Below, in pieces: positions 8,580 to 18,186 of a DNA stretch of 50,789 bases. The position numbers and the translations under genes are program-made. Position 1 is the stretch's first letter. Each line of letters begins with the position of its first letter. The notes under the pieces are model-generated. The model made no database searches. It had not been told where the DNA came from and worked only from the letters and a program-made list of their open reading frames with translations. Origin of the DNA: an uncultured Oscillospiraceae bacterium (lineage in GTDB: Bacteria; Bacillota; Clostridia; Oscillospirales; Oscillospiraceae); NCBI GenBank assembly GCA_944385775.1, contig CALWYM010000094.1:1-50789 (forward strand), read 5' to 3'.

Positions 8580-10250
8580 ATGCAGGAAGGAAAGAAAAAA
8601 ATAATAGTTATAGGGCATAAGAATCCTGACACTGATTCTGTGTGCTCCGCCATAGCCTACTCCAACCTTAAAAATCAGATTTCCGATAATAATATATATG
8701 AGCCCTGCCGGGCAGGAGAGATTAACCAGGAAACAAGCTTTGTACTTCAAAAATTCGGCGTTCCGCTGCCCAGGCTTTGCCAGGACGTGCGCGCCCAGGT
8801 TCAGGATATTGACATACGTGAAATTGCCGGTGTAGATGGAAAGATGACAATGCGCCGTGCCTGGGAAACTATGCGCGACCAGGACATAACCTCACTTCCC
8901 ATTACCTGTGAGGACAATAAACTTGCCGGTCTTATCACCCTTCAGGATATAGCCATGGCCAATATGGATAATCTTGACGCTTCCTCTCTGAGCCGCGCAA
9001 GGACCAGCATAAAAAATCTTCTTGAAACACTAAACGGCGAGTTGGTTGTTGGCGACCCTGAAACGGTTTTTGATCACGGAAAGGTGATTATCGGCGCTGG
9101 AAGCCCAGAGGTTCTGGAGTCCGCCGTTGACAAGGGTGACATAGTTATCCTTGCAAACCGCTATGATACACAGCTGTGCGCCATTGAACTTGAGGCCAGC
9201 TGCATTATTATCTGCATGGCTCAGTCCGTGGCAAAGACCATTATAAAGCTTGCCACCCAAAATAATTGTGTCATAATCAAAACCCCTTATGACACCTATA
9301 CTACAAGTTACCTTATAAATCAGAGTGTGCCGATTGAGCACTTTATGCAAAAGAGTCTACGTACCTTTGCTCTTTCCACTCCGGTGGAGGAGGCGCGGAA
9401 GGTCATGGGACAGGTGAGATACAACTACTTCCCCGTAGTGGACGAGGACGGTCTTTACCGAGGCGTTATTTCAAAGCGTAACTTCCTCAACCTCAAGAGG
9501 AAACAGCTTATTCTTGTCGATCATAATGAACGCAGTCAGTGCGTTGACGGCTTTGAAGAAGCCGAGATCCTTGAGATTATTGACCATCACAGGATTGGAA
9601 GCACTATTGAGACGGCAAACCCTGTATATTTCAGAAACCAGCCTGTGGGATGCACCTCCACCATAATACACAGTATTTATAAGGAGCAAGGTGATGAGAT
9701 ACCACCGTCCATTGCCGGAATAATGTGCTGCGCCATACTTTCCGATACTTTGGCGTTCCGCTCCCCAACCTGCACCAAGGCAGACGAAAACGCCGCAAGG
9801 GATCTTGCCGAAATTGCCGGAGTTGACATTCACGCCCTTGCAAACGAAATGTTTGAGGCTGGCGAGAGATTGGCAGACAAAACGGCTGAGGATATTTTTA
9901 CCCAGGACTACAAGGTCTTTGTCAGCGGTGACAGCCAGTTTGGCGTAGGTCAGGGAAGCTATGTAAGCTCCGCCAGCCGTGACCAGGCAAAGGCGATTCT
10001 TCAGCCGTACCTTGCAGACGTTATGCAGCGTGAGAATATTGACATGGTATTCTATATGCTCACAAGCGTTGTGGAGCAAAGCACCGATGTGATTTATGCC
10101 GGAGAAAACGCTGAGGCAGTTCTCCGCCGTGCCTTTAATATTGAACCCGTTAATGGCGTTTTCACCCTTGAGGGTGTTGTTTCACGGAAAAAGCAGTTTA
10201 TTCCGGCTGTAATACGGGCTATAAACAGCGAAGACAGCGAGGAAATGTAA
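8580..10250 (+). CDS. ppaC: CBS-domain family II (DHH) inorganic pyrophosphatase
   Basis: DHH motifs GHKNPDTDS, LVDHNE and IIDHHRIG, with a CBS/DRTGG-type insert between them and a DHHA2-type C-terminus. Length 556 aa. Confidence 0.88.
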   Translation: MQEGKKKIIVIGHKNPDTDSVCSAIAYSNLKNQISDNNIYEPCRAGEINQETSFVLQKFGVPLPRLCQDVRAQVQDIDIREIAGVDGKMTMRRAWETMRDQDITSLPITCEDNKLAGLITLQDIAMANMDNLDASSLSRARTSIKNLLETLNGELVVGDPETVFDHGKVIIGAGSPEVLESAVDKGDIVILANRYDTQLCAIELEASCIIICMAQSVAKTIIKLATQNNCVIIKTPYDTYTTSYLINQSVPIEHFMQKSLRTFALSTPVEEARKVMGQVRYNYFPVVDEDGLYRGVISKRNFLNLKRKQLILVDHNERSQCVDGFEEAEILEIIDHHRIGSTIETANPVYFRNQPVGCTSTIIHSIYKEQGDEIPPSIAGIMCCAILSDTLAFRSPTCTKADENAARDLAEIAGVDIHALANEMFEAGERLADKTAEDIFTQDYKVFVSGDSQFGVGQGSYVSSASRDQAKAILQPYLADVMQRENIDMVFYMLTSVVEQSTDVIYAGENAEAVLRRAFNIEPVNGVFTLEGVVSRKKQFIPAVIRAINSEDSEEM

Positions 10251-10271
10251 AAACTTCGTCTTAAAATTTTT

Positions 10272-10306
10272 AAAAGGAAAGAGGTCTATTGCCTCTTTCC
10301 TTTTTC
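10272..10306 (+). terminator. Terminator after ppaC
   Basis: AGGAAAGAGG (10275-10284) pairs with CCTCTTTCCT (10292-10301), followed by TTTTT. Confidence 0.8.
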
Positions 10307-10331
10307 ATTTCCATACAGCAGTAAAGATACC

Positions 10332-10360
10332 TTGAAGGATTTATCCTGTTAGTATATAAT
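10332..10360 (+). promoter_or_regulatory. Sigma-A promoter of the two-gene cassette
   Basis: TTGAAG (10332-10337), a 17-nt spacer, then TATAAT (10355-10360). Confidence 0.55.
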
Positions 10361-10393
10361 TGGATTGTATCTTACAAAGGAGTATGTCTGCGT

Positions 10394-11956
10394 ATGAAGA
10401 TTTTTTTGTTTGGTGAACTTACGACAGAAAATATTGTTAAAATTTGTCCTGAGTGTACGGTACTGGAAAAATTATCTGTTTTCGGTTATGACGCCTGCAT
10501 AAGCGATAGGGGGCGTTCATATATAAGGAAAGGCACAGGCTCTGTCAGCGGATTTGTCATTGATGTCAGCGGAATTGACCTTTGGCATTTAGATCAGTGG
10601 AAAGGTGTACTTTTGCTTCAAAGAAATAAGCTCACAGACAAACAGGAGGAGATCTTTTCTTACTTCTCCATGTACGATACTGAAATTGAAGGAAATGGCA
10701 ACATCGCCGGTGAAACTGAAATCGACGCGTTCAGGGACAGATTTTTAAATAACAAAAGTCTAAAAATGGCTGATATTCATTTACTTATTCCCGGGCATAT
10801 CAGTATTATATCACAAAATAATGAGACAGTTTGCCTTGGCAAAATGCTTCAGGATAGCATACGCTTTGCCAGCCAAAGTGAATTCAAAAGTGATTTTTTT
10901 AAGGATTGCAAACGTTATACCCTTGGTTCTGTGGAAATTAACTATGGCGACGGCGTCTTCCAAAGCGCGGTTTTGACTCTTATGTGCCATAACGGCACCC
11001 GACTTTGCGTTATGGACATTTATATTCCAGCCATTGAGGTATCTACCCACAGGCTTTTATTTCGTTACTGCGGCGGTACTCTTAAGCTTAGGTACAAAGG
11101 TAAAGAGGTAAATATAAACGAACTGTGTAAAATGGTGGGGATAACTCAGTACGGCTGTCAGCGCAGCCTTGTGTTTTCCTATGAAAAGCTCGATGAGGAG
11201 AGACTTCTTAACCTTCTCGTAAATGAGGAAGAACCCATGGGCAAAATTATAGGCTCCTATTTTAAAAACGTTATTTCAAATAATCTGGCTCAGTATGATA
11301 CAGCTGAGGTGTACGCCACCGAGGTCACAATGCTTGAAATGACAGACAGGGTTGAAAATGACGTTACAGCACGAATTGGAACCCAGGCGCTGGAAATATT
11401 CTTTGTGGAGATGCTGCTTTTACAGGATGCCGCGGTAAGCAAAATGTATGACTGCGTACAAAAAGAGATAGCTGCCGAAAGGGAAAATCCCCTCCGCAAG
11501 GATGCGGACAAAACCATAAACGAGCTGGCGGACGATTCAGCTTATGCCATAAATTTTACGGATTATCAGCAGTTTTATTTTCCTACTGTCCGTGTATCTG
11601 CTGAAAGCGTGGCGAAAGCCTTCGGTATAGACAGCATACGGGAAAAGTATTCCCAAAACAAAGTTCTCCTTGAACAGATGATAAAGAATCACGAAGCTGA
11701 TATTGCAAAAAAGGAAAACAGTATAAAAAACAATCTGCTTGTAATTATCACTCTTCTTTCCGGAACAGAAACGATATTCGGCGCATTTAATGCAATAACA
11801 AATTCAGCCTATGAATCTGTCGCGTACTATGTATCCCTTCTTGTAATGCTCGCAGGCGTCCTTATCTATTTAGGCGCCACAGCAATTATACGCCGCAGAG
11901 CAATAAAACAGGCTAGGGCAAGATTAATGGAAAGGCGGTATGAAAATCAGATATGA
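10394..11956 (+). CDS. Uncharacterised protein: N-terminal GGCT/AIG2-like domain, large middle domain, C-terminal two-TM hairpin
   Basis: The N-terminus MKIFLFGELT...VSGFVIDVSGIDLWHLDQWKG resembles the gamma-glutamylcyclotransferase fold. Hydrophobic segments occupy about aa 446-468 and 476-499, followed by a basic tail RRRAIKQARARLMERR. Confidence 0.6.
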   Translation: MKIFLFGELTTENIVKICPECTVLEKLSVFGYDACISDRGRSYIRKGTGSVSGFVIDVSGIDLWHLDQWKGVLLLQRNKLTDKQEEIFSYFSMYDTEIEGNGNIAGETEIDAFRDRFLNNKSLKMADIHLLIPGHISIISQNNETVCLGKMLQDSIRFASQSEFKSDFFKDCKRYTLGSVEINYGDGVFQSAVLTLMCHNGTRLCVMDIYIPAIEVSTHRLLFRYCGGTLKLRYKGKEVNINELCKMVGITQYGCQRSLVFSYEKLDEERLLNLLVNEEEPMGKIIGSYFKNVISNNLAQYDTAEVYATEVTMLEMTDRVENDVTARIGTQALEIFFVEMLLLQDAAVSKMYDCVQKEIAAERENPLRKDADKTINELADDSAYAINFTDYQQFYFPTVRVSAESVAKAFGIDSIREKYSQNKVLLEQMIKNHEADIAKKENSIKNNLLVIITLLSGTETIFGAFNAITNSAYESVAYYVSLLVMLAGVLIYLGATAIIRRRAIKQARARLMERRYENQI

Positions 11957-13485
11957 GTAATACCACTATATTTAGCAATATCCATCTATACAATGATTCG
12001 GCAGTTGCGGAAAATGGAAAATTTATGGCTGTCAGCGACGGTATTGTCAACTACATAGGCAGTACAATGCCGGAAATAGACGGTCCCTTTGAACTTGTTG
12101 AGGGAGGATACGTTTCCAAGCCATTTTGCGATTACCACTATCATCTGCCGGGAAGCCAGCTGTATGACACTTTCGGTGTTAATCTGGTACGGTGCGGTTC
12201 AGTTTCTCGGTATGAGGATTATTTAATATCAGCAGGAGAAAACCTTAAAATTGTCCGGGGCTTTGGCTGGGATATAGAGTCCATGAGGCAGTTTTTTTCC
12301 CGTCCCGGGAGCAAAACTCCGCTGGAATTTTTAGACGGGATTTTCCCGGACAAGGTCGCAGTGCTTTTTTCCTTTGACTTTCACAGCTGCTGGGTAAACA
12401 GCGTGGCACTACGCGGTCTTGAGAAAGAGGGAATCAGCAGCTCATTCAAGGACAGTGAGATCCCTCACGGATCGGAATGTATATTGCATGAGGATATTGC
12501 GGATAAAATATTTGAATCGAAGCGATTTAGTTTTAGCTCTGAGGAAATAAGGCAGGCAATCCTCATTCAGCAAAAGACCTTTATTGAAAAGGGTATCACA
12601 GAGCTTAATACTCTTATGTTTATTGGTGCCGGATACAGACAGGTACTTAGCGTATTAAATGACCTTGACAAAGCCGGCGAGCTTAAAATTAAAATTAACT
12701 ATGCTTACACTGCTTACCCGAGGCAATCCATTGAAGAAATACAAGACGGCATAAAAATGAGTAAAACATTTCAGAGTAAACATTTAAAGCTTGTCTCTAC
12801 AAAGATTTATCTGGACGGTGTTATTGACAATCACTCTGCTTTTCTTCTCGCACCCTATGAGGACAAAAACGTAAGAGGAAAATGCCTGTGGTCTGAAAAC
12901 GCTCTTAATAAGGTTATACAATGCTCCCTGGAGGAAGAGCTTCCCGTTCATATCCATGCCATCGGTGACGGAGCGGTTAAAGCAGGTGCGGAGAGTCTCT
13001 CAAAATTTGACCGTGGCAATATTGGTCGCCATATCATTGCCCATCTTCAGCTTTGCAGTGAGGAAACCATGTCAATAATGGCTGAACATAATATTATTGC
13101 CTGTATGCAGCCTTTCTGGTTCTACCGTGGAGAGAAAACGATCGAAATGGATTTAACCAGGCTGGGACAGCGTTCCTTTAATGAATACCCGGTCAAGTCG
13201 CTTCTTTGTCACGGGGTAACCGTTCTCTTTTCCAGTGACTGCCCTGCAACTAATACGTTTGACCCGATAACAGGCATTTGTACGGCTGCCCGTGACGACG
13301 GAAGCGACCAGGTCATTTCAATGAGGGACGGCTATAAAGCATACTGCGCAGGGGCGTATGACGGGAAATCCGTTTCAATAAAAGAAGGCGACGTGGCTGA
13401 TTTTATTATTCTAAGCCATGACATTACTGAAAATCAAAACGCCAAAGTCACAGCAACCTATATTAACGGGGAAAGGTGCTTTTAA
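11953..13485 (+). CDS. Amidohydrolase-family metallohydrolase (Amidohydro_3/YtcJ-like)
   Basis: HxH motif (DYHYHLPG) and later HIHAIGDGAV. Length 510 aa. The start overlaps the upstream stop (ATGA). Confidence 0.75.
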   Translation: MSNTTIFSNIHLYNDSAVAENGKFMAVSDGIVNYIGSTMPEIDGPFELVEGGYVSKPFCDYHYHLPGSQLYDTFGVNLVRCGSVSRYEDYLISAGENLKIVRGFGWDIESMRQFFSRPGSKTPLEFLDGIFPDKVAVLFSFDFHSCWVNSVALRGLEKEGISSSFKDSEIPHGSECILHEDIADKIFESKRFSFSSEEIRQAILIQQKTFIEKGITELNTLMFIGAGYRQVLSVLNDLDKAGELKIKINYAYTAYPRQSIEEIQDGIKMSKTFQSKHLKLVSTKIYLDGVIDNHSAFLLAPYEDKNVRGKCLWSENALNKVIQCSLEEELPVHIHAIGDGAVKAGAESLSKFDRGNIGRHIIAHLQLCSEETMSIMAEHNIIACMQPFWFYRGEKTIEMDLTRLGQRSFNEYPVKSLLCHGVTVLFSSDCPATNTFDPITGICTAARDDGSDQVISMRDGYKAYCAGAYDGKSVSIKEGDVADFIILSHDITENQNAKVTATYINGERCF

Positions 13486-13510
13486 AAAGCACCTTTCCCT
13501 ATTTTTTAAA
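13472..13510 (+). terminator. Terminator of the cassette (the stop codon lies in the loop)
   Basis: AAAGGTGCT (13472-13480) pairs with AGCACCTTT (13488-13496), followed by CCCTATTTTTT. Confidence 0.65.
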
Positions 13511-13532
13511 TAAACTAATTTATTCTGTACCG

Positions 13533-13574
13533 CAAAAACAGCTATGCCCCGGAGGAAATCCTCCGGGGCATAGC
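13533..13574 (-). terminator. Terminator after the nitroreductase gene
   Basis: A 15-bp stem, GCTATGCCCCGGAGG (13541-13555) with CCTCCGGGGCATAGC (13560-13574). A T-run follows on the minus strand. Confidence 0.8.
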
Positions 13575-13601
13575 CAGACGCTTATTAATCCTTTTAGGCA
13601 G

Positions 13602-14177
13602 TTATCTGATATAAGTTACACTCTTTGCTTCATCATAAGTATGCGGAACCTTCTCCATGTTCTTATGACCAACAGCAATAACAACAGCGTACTCATAATT
13701 TTCCGGGAAACCTAACGCCTTTGCAAAGGTCTCCTTCTTCTCCCCTTCCATAGCAGCCTTAACAGAACCCACAATCAGGCTGCCAAGACCCATGGACTGA
13801 GCTGCCAGGGCAATATTCTCAACAGCAATTCCCGCGTCAAGCTTACCCCAGACCATATTCTTATCGCTGGAAATGAAAATCACCGTAGGAGCATTATAAT
13901 AACTGTTAATGGGGTTAGCAAAAATTGCCTTTTTCTCCTCCTCAGTTTTCTTGTCCTCGGCAAGAAGTCTGCGCTTTTCAGCTTCAATCTCACCAATAAC
14001 GGGATGATTTCCGTCTACCACGGAAAAGTGAATTTCCTGACGGTTAGCAGCAGTAGGAGCCTGAAGTCCTGCCGTGATAAGAGTCTTAATCTCCTCATCG
14101 GTGAGCTTTACGTCAGTATAAGCTCTTGTGGAGCTGCGTTTAGCAATAGCTGTCAATACTTCGTTCAAAGCAATCAT
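13602..14177 (-). CDS. Nitroreductase-family oxidoreductase
   Basis: RSSTRAY...LQAPTAANRQ motif typical of the FMN nitroreductase fold. Length 191 aa. Confidence 0.85.
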   Translation of the reverse strand: MIALNEVLTAIAKRSSTRAYTDVKLTDEEIKTLITAGLQAPTAANRQEIHFSVVDGNHPVIGEIEAEKRRLLAEDKKTEEEKKAIFANPINSYYNAPTVIFISSDKNMVWGKLDAGIAVENIALAAQSMGLGSLIVGSVKAAMEGEKKETFAKALGFPENYEYAVVIAVGHKNMEKVPHTYDEAKSVTYIR

Positions 14178-14233
14178 CCTCTCATTATTTTATGTTCTCA
14201 GTATACAATGAAGTTTTAAAATAATCAATAGTT

Positions 14234-15226
14234 TTATGCGACCTGAGTCTCATCATATTTGTCAAAATCTCTAAAGAATTTCAAAACGGTATCCTCATAA
14301 GCCCTCCTGGCAACCAGAAAGCTCATTCCATGGTCAGCCCCGGGGACTATAAGCATTCTCTTTGGACCTGAACAGGCGGCATAATTAAGGTATGTCATGG
14401 ATACCGGAACAAACCTGTCAGACGTTCCATGGATAAGCAAAACCGGAAGTCTTGTCCTTCTGAGAGAATCAATAGTGGTAACATTTTTTACATCAAGGTC
14501 AAGCTTTCGCTTTGCAATATCTCTGGCAACTGTGCCTATAACACCGTACCCCATATGCAAATTATCATTTGCCACATGACGCCAAATATCATCAGCAGAG
14601 GTGTACCCGCAGTCAGCCATTATTCCCTTTACGCAGCCCGGCAGAGCCAAATCCGATGCCATAAGCACGGTTGAAGCCCCCATTGAAATTCCCGCAAGGT
14701 AAACAGGCAGATTTTTAGTATTTCTCTCCGCAATCCAATTTGCCCATTTCACGCAGTCATAACGCTCAGTTATGCCAAATCCCATGTAATCTCCCTGGCT
14801 TCCGTTCTGACTGCGCTGCTCAACATACAAAACCGTACACCCATTATCGTACCAGAATCTGTTGCCTCCGGCAAAATCCTTGTACCAGGTAGACCTCCAT
14901 CCATGCATTGCCAGTATAATACGTTTCTCCCTCGGCGCTCTTCTAAGGTGCCCGACAAGCTCAAGACCATCATCGCTTAAAATGGTGACCTTCTCCATGG
15001 TCCCCTCCAGCTCCTTAAACTCGTCAACCAGACGGTCAACACCTGACTCTATCAGCCCACTCTCCATGTTACCGGAAAGCGCATCCTTGACTTTATCGTA
15101 AAGCGGAGGCTTTTCTCTGTTTACCGCAGTTTTAAGAAAAAACTTCGCAGCAGCGTAAGAGGCACCTGCAGCGGCTGCTACGGCTGTTCCGGCGCCAATT
15201 ATAACTTTTTTCCCTTTATTGTCCAT
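14234..15226 (-). CDS. Membrane-anchored alpha/beta hydrolase (COG1073-like)
   Basis: N-terminal Ala-rich TM segment and nucleophile elbow GISMGAS. I place the start at ATG 15226, 8 nt after AAAGGGA. The ORF-track start is 15244. Confidence 0.8.
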   Translation of the reverse strand: MDNKGKKVIIGAGTAVAAAAGASYAAAKFFLKTAVNREKPPLYDKVKDALSGNMESGLIESGVDRLVDEFKELEGTMEKVTILSDDGLELVGHLRRAPREKRIILAMHGWRSTWYKDFAGGNRFWYDNGCTVLYVEQRSQNGSQGDYMGFGITERYDCVKWANWIAERNTKNLPVYLAGISMGASTVLMASDLALPGCVKGIMADCGYTSADDIWRHVANDNLHMGYGVIGTVARDIAKRKLDLDVKNVTTIDSLRRTRLPVLLIHGTSDRFVPVSMTYLNYAACSGPKRMLIVPGADHGMSFLVARRAYEDTVLKFFRDFDKYDETQVA

Positions 15227-15298
15227 GGGTAAAATCCCTTTCATTTAAAGCTTTAGTATGATACTACCACTGAAAGCTCAACTGAAGGTAAACAAAAC

Positions 15299-15337
15299 AT
15301 AAAAAATGCCGCCACAGGAAAATTTCCCATGGCGGCA
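15299..15337 (-). terminator. Terminator closing the mdh...frd...carrier unit
   Basis: TGCCGCCA (15307-15314) pairs with TGGCGGCA (15330-15337), extendable with G-U pairs. TTTTTT follows on the minus strand. Confidence 0.75.
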
Positions 15338-15342
15338 AGCTT

Positions 15343-16572
15343 TTAAAACAATAATGCAATCATCTGAGACACCAGTACCACAATAATCAGCGCAACAGGG
15401 TAAGTAGAAGCATACGATGCTGCCACGTCCTCACTGCCGGCAACATGAATCAGCGTGCCAAGCGCAGGAGTACTTGTCATTCCTCCAGTAATGGATCCAA
15501 GGCTGTTGAAAAGAGCCAGCTTAAGCACGTGCCTACCGAAAAGGTAACCGATAATCATCGGAACACTGGTCATCAGAACGCCGTAGAAGAAGTAGATAAG
15601 CTGGAAGCTCTGAATAAAGCTCTCTCCGGCAGAGACTCCCGCTCCAATAAGGAACAACATAAGTCCCAGTTCTCTAAACTCCTTCAAGGTTATTTCCAGG
15701 GGCATTATACTTACCCGTCCTATTCGCCCAAAGTGACCGAACATCAATGCGATAAGCAGACATCCGCCTGTTGTTGTAAGGGAGAAAGTAGTGCCGGAAA
15801 GACCGGAGCCCGTCATCGGTATCTTAATGGACCCCACAAACACACCGATAACAGCAGCCAGAGCGAAAGGCATAATTCCGAAATCGTCCATTTCCAGAAG
15901 CGTTCCAGTGTACGCCTTTCTCTTTATGTCTCCCTTATCTTGAGAAATTTTTGCAATTTCTTCGGGAATATTCGCCTTAGTAAGTTTGGGCATCAGCTGG
16001 ACAAACAGAACCACACCGATAACGCCAAATATGTAGGCAATACCGTACCCTACGCTTACAATGTCCTCAAGCTCCGGTGCGACAGAAGCCTTGGAAGCAG
16101 AAAACGCAGGGGTACTTGTCATGGCTCCGCTGAAAAGTCCCACAACCATTGCCGTAAGTCTTGAGTAATCAGTCTCCCCGGTGGCTCTACCAATATATAT
16201 ACACGCCACAGCGGCAATTCCGCCAGAGATAATGATGACAAGACCCATTAAAACATAACTCTTAAAATTCTTCTTTAGGTTAGCGAAAAAGTTTGGTCCC
16301 GCTATAAAGCCTACGGAAGTAACAAAGAGTATGAGACCCATGTTTTCAATAATCTTAAGGGCATTTTTTGTGTAGCCTTCAGTGGCTGCTGCAAGGTCAT
16401 CATAAAACAAGCAGCCGTAAATTATAGCTATCAGGAAAACACCGGCTGTACCGAGACTGATTCCCCTGAAAGTAATTCTTCCCACTACATAGCCCAAAGC
16501 AGCTATTGCCATAACGCTGAACATGAGAAAGCTGACACCCGTAACGGAGATATATCCCCCAAATAAATTCAT
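15343..16572 (-). CDS. AAE-family (Asp-Al_Ex / YidE-YbjL-SucE-type) carboxylate carrier, short form
   Basis: Two repeated permease halves (...GISLGTAGVFLIAII... and ...RELGLMLFLIGAGVSAGESF...). The start is ATG 16572, with AGGAGGAAA inside the 3' end of the upstream gene. The ORF-track extension to 16656 overlaps that gene. Confidence 0.8.
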   Translation of the reverse strand: MNLFGGYISVTGVSFLMFSVMAIAALGYVVGRITFRGISLGTAGVFLIAIIYGCLFYDDLAAATEGYTKNALKIIENMGLILFVTSVGFIAGPNFFANLKKNFKSYVLMGLVIIISGGIAAVACIYIGRATGETDYSRLTAMVVGLFSGAMTSTPAFSASKASVAPELEDIVSVGYGIAYIFGVIGVVLFVQLMPKLTKANIPEEIAKISQDKGDIKRKAYTGTLLEMDDFGIMPFALAAVIGVFVGSIKIPMTGSGLSGTTFSLTTTGGCLLIALMFGHFGRIGRVSIMPLEITLKEFRELGLMLFLIGAGVSAGESFIQSFQLIYFFYGVLMTSVPMIIGYLFGRHVLKLALFNSLGSITGGMTSTPALGTLIHVAGSEDVAASYASTYPVALIIVVLVSQMIALLF

Positions 16573-16573
16573 T

Positions 16574-18172
16574 TTATTTCCTCCTGGTGTAGTCAGGCAG
16601 CAGCTTCGGTGAAACTGCCTCGGTCTCAACTCCAGCGTCGGAGAGCTCCTTCTCAAATTCCTCTATATGCTTAAGGGTAAGCTTTGAAGTAGTGACGGTT
16701 TTGCTAAGCTCAGCCGCATTTCTTCCGGCGCTTCTGCCGAATACAATAATATCCAGCAGTGAGTTGCCCATAAGACGGTTTCTGCCGTGGATTCCTCCGA
16801 CAGCTTCGCCTGCTACAAACAGGTGTGGTACATTTGTGGTGGAGCCGTCAAGATTAATATCAAGTCCACCGTTCTGATAATGCTGAGTTGGGTAAACGAG
16901 AATAGGCTCCTTACGAATATCAATTCCATACTTTCCGAACATTCTCATCATAGCAGGAATTCTCTTCTCGATAGTGCCCTCACCACCGATAATCTCAATC
17001 ATAGGCGTATCAAGCCATACAGCCTTGCCGTTACCGGTATCCACTCCGTTTCCTCTATCGCCGCACTCTCTGATAATGCTGGCAGCAGAAACGTCACGGG
17101 TCTCCAGAGGATGCATAAATACCTCACCCTTGGCATTAACAAGTCTCGCGCCAACACTTCTTACCTTCTCGGTAACAAGTGCGCCGAAAATCTGCTCGGG
17201 ATACGCAGCTCCGGTTGGGTGATACTGAATAGTATCAGGATAGAGGAGCTTTGCGCCTACACGATAACCCAAAACAAGCCCGTCAGCAGTTGCACCGTAA
17301 TGGTTGGAGGTGGGGAAGCCCTGATAGTGCATACGTCCAGCGCCTCCGGTGGCAATAATAACGACCTTTGCTCTGGCAACAAGAAGCTCCCGTGTTTCCA
17401 TATTCATAAGAACTGCGCCGGCAGCGTTACCGTTTTCGTCAAGAATAAGCTCAATAGCGGAGGTAAAGTCCACAACGGGAATCTCACGGTTTAATACCTC
17501 GTCACGGAGAGTACGCATAATCTCAGCGCCGGAATAGTCCTTTGCTGCGTGCATTCTCTTTCTGGAAGTTCCGCCGCCGTGAGTTGTAATCATGTTGCCC
17601 TGAGCGTCCTTATCAAACTCAACGCCCAGCTCGCTAAGCCACTCGATGGCGTCCGGTGCCTCTGTCACAAGCTTTGAGAGCAAATCTCTTTTTGCGGCAA
17701 AATGACCTCCACCGTATGCGTCGAGGAAGTGAATTGCAGGAGAATCGTTCGGCTTATCAGCAGCCTGGATTCCGCCCTCCGCCATCATGGTATTGGCGTC
17801 GCCGATTCTAAGCTTCGTAACAATCATTACGGAAGCACCGGCATTGTTAGCTTCAATAGCGGCAGAAGAACCTGCTCCGCCACCACCGATAATAAGCACG
17901 TCTACATCATAATCGGGGTTTTCAAGGTCAACGGAGTCAGCAGTAATTCTGCTGTGGGCCTCGAGCATCTCCGCCAATTCCTTAGGAACACTTTCGCCCT
18001 TATTAGGACCGACTCTCAGCTCCCTGAATTCCTCTCTCTTGTAGTCAGGATGATACTGTTTAAGGAGAGCGTCCTTTTCTTCAGCCGTCATTCTGCGAGG
18101 CTCCATGGCAATGTTTCTTGCTCTTGCCTCTTCAACTATCTTAATTGCTTCTTTTAAGCTTTCAGGATACAT
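16574..18172 (-). CDS. Fumarate reductase/succinate dehydrogenase-type flavoprotein (FrdA/TfrA-like, soluble)
   Basis: Motifs DVLIIGGGGAGSSAA, MAEGGIQAA, IQYHPTG, TEKVRSVGA, HYQNGG and GIHGRNRLMGNSLLD align with FrdA/SdhA FAD-binding and catalytic motifs. RBS GGGAGGG. Confidence 0.85.
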   Translation of the reverse strand: MYPESLKEAIKIVEEARARNIAMEPRRMTAEEKDALLKQYHPDYKREEFRELRVGPNKGESVPKELAEMLEAHSRITADSVDLENPDYDVDVLIIGGGGAGSSAAIEANNAGASVMIVTKLRIGDANTMMAEGGIQAADKPNDSPAIHFLDAYGGGHFAAKRDLLSKLVTEAPDAIEWLSELGVEFDKDAQGNMITTHGGGTSRKRMHAAKDYSGAEIMRTLRDEVLNREIPVVDFTSAIELILDENGNAAGAVLMNMETRELLVARAKVVIIATGGAGRMHYQGFPTSNHYGATADGLVLGYRVGAKLLYPDTIQYHPTGAAYPEQIFGALVTEKVRSVGARLVNAKGEVFMHPLETRDVSAASIIRECGDRGNGVDTGNGKAVWLDTPMIEIIGGEGTIEKRIPAMMRMFGKYGIDIRKEPILVYPTQHYQNGGLDINLDGSTTNVPHLFVAGEAVGGIHGRNRLMGNSLLDIIVFGRSAGRNAAELSKTVTTSKLTLKHIEEFEKELSDAGVETEAVSPKLLPDYTRRK

Positions 18173-18186
18173 CTGTTTGCCCTCCC

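Noticed and set aside
13476-13715. A 79-aa plus-strand ORF after the amidohydrolase gene.
   Set aside because: It spans two terminator hairpins and the 3' end of the nitroreductase gene on the other strand, and it has no RBS.
16573-16656. N-terminal extensions of ORF-track models: 16656, 18912, 20780, 25354, 27746, 7981, 15244, 36578 and 37622.
   Set aside because: The extensions overlap the upstream gene or lack an RBS. In each case an internal ATG sits 6-10 nt after a strong GGAGG-type site and restores a typical family N-terminus.
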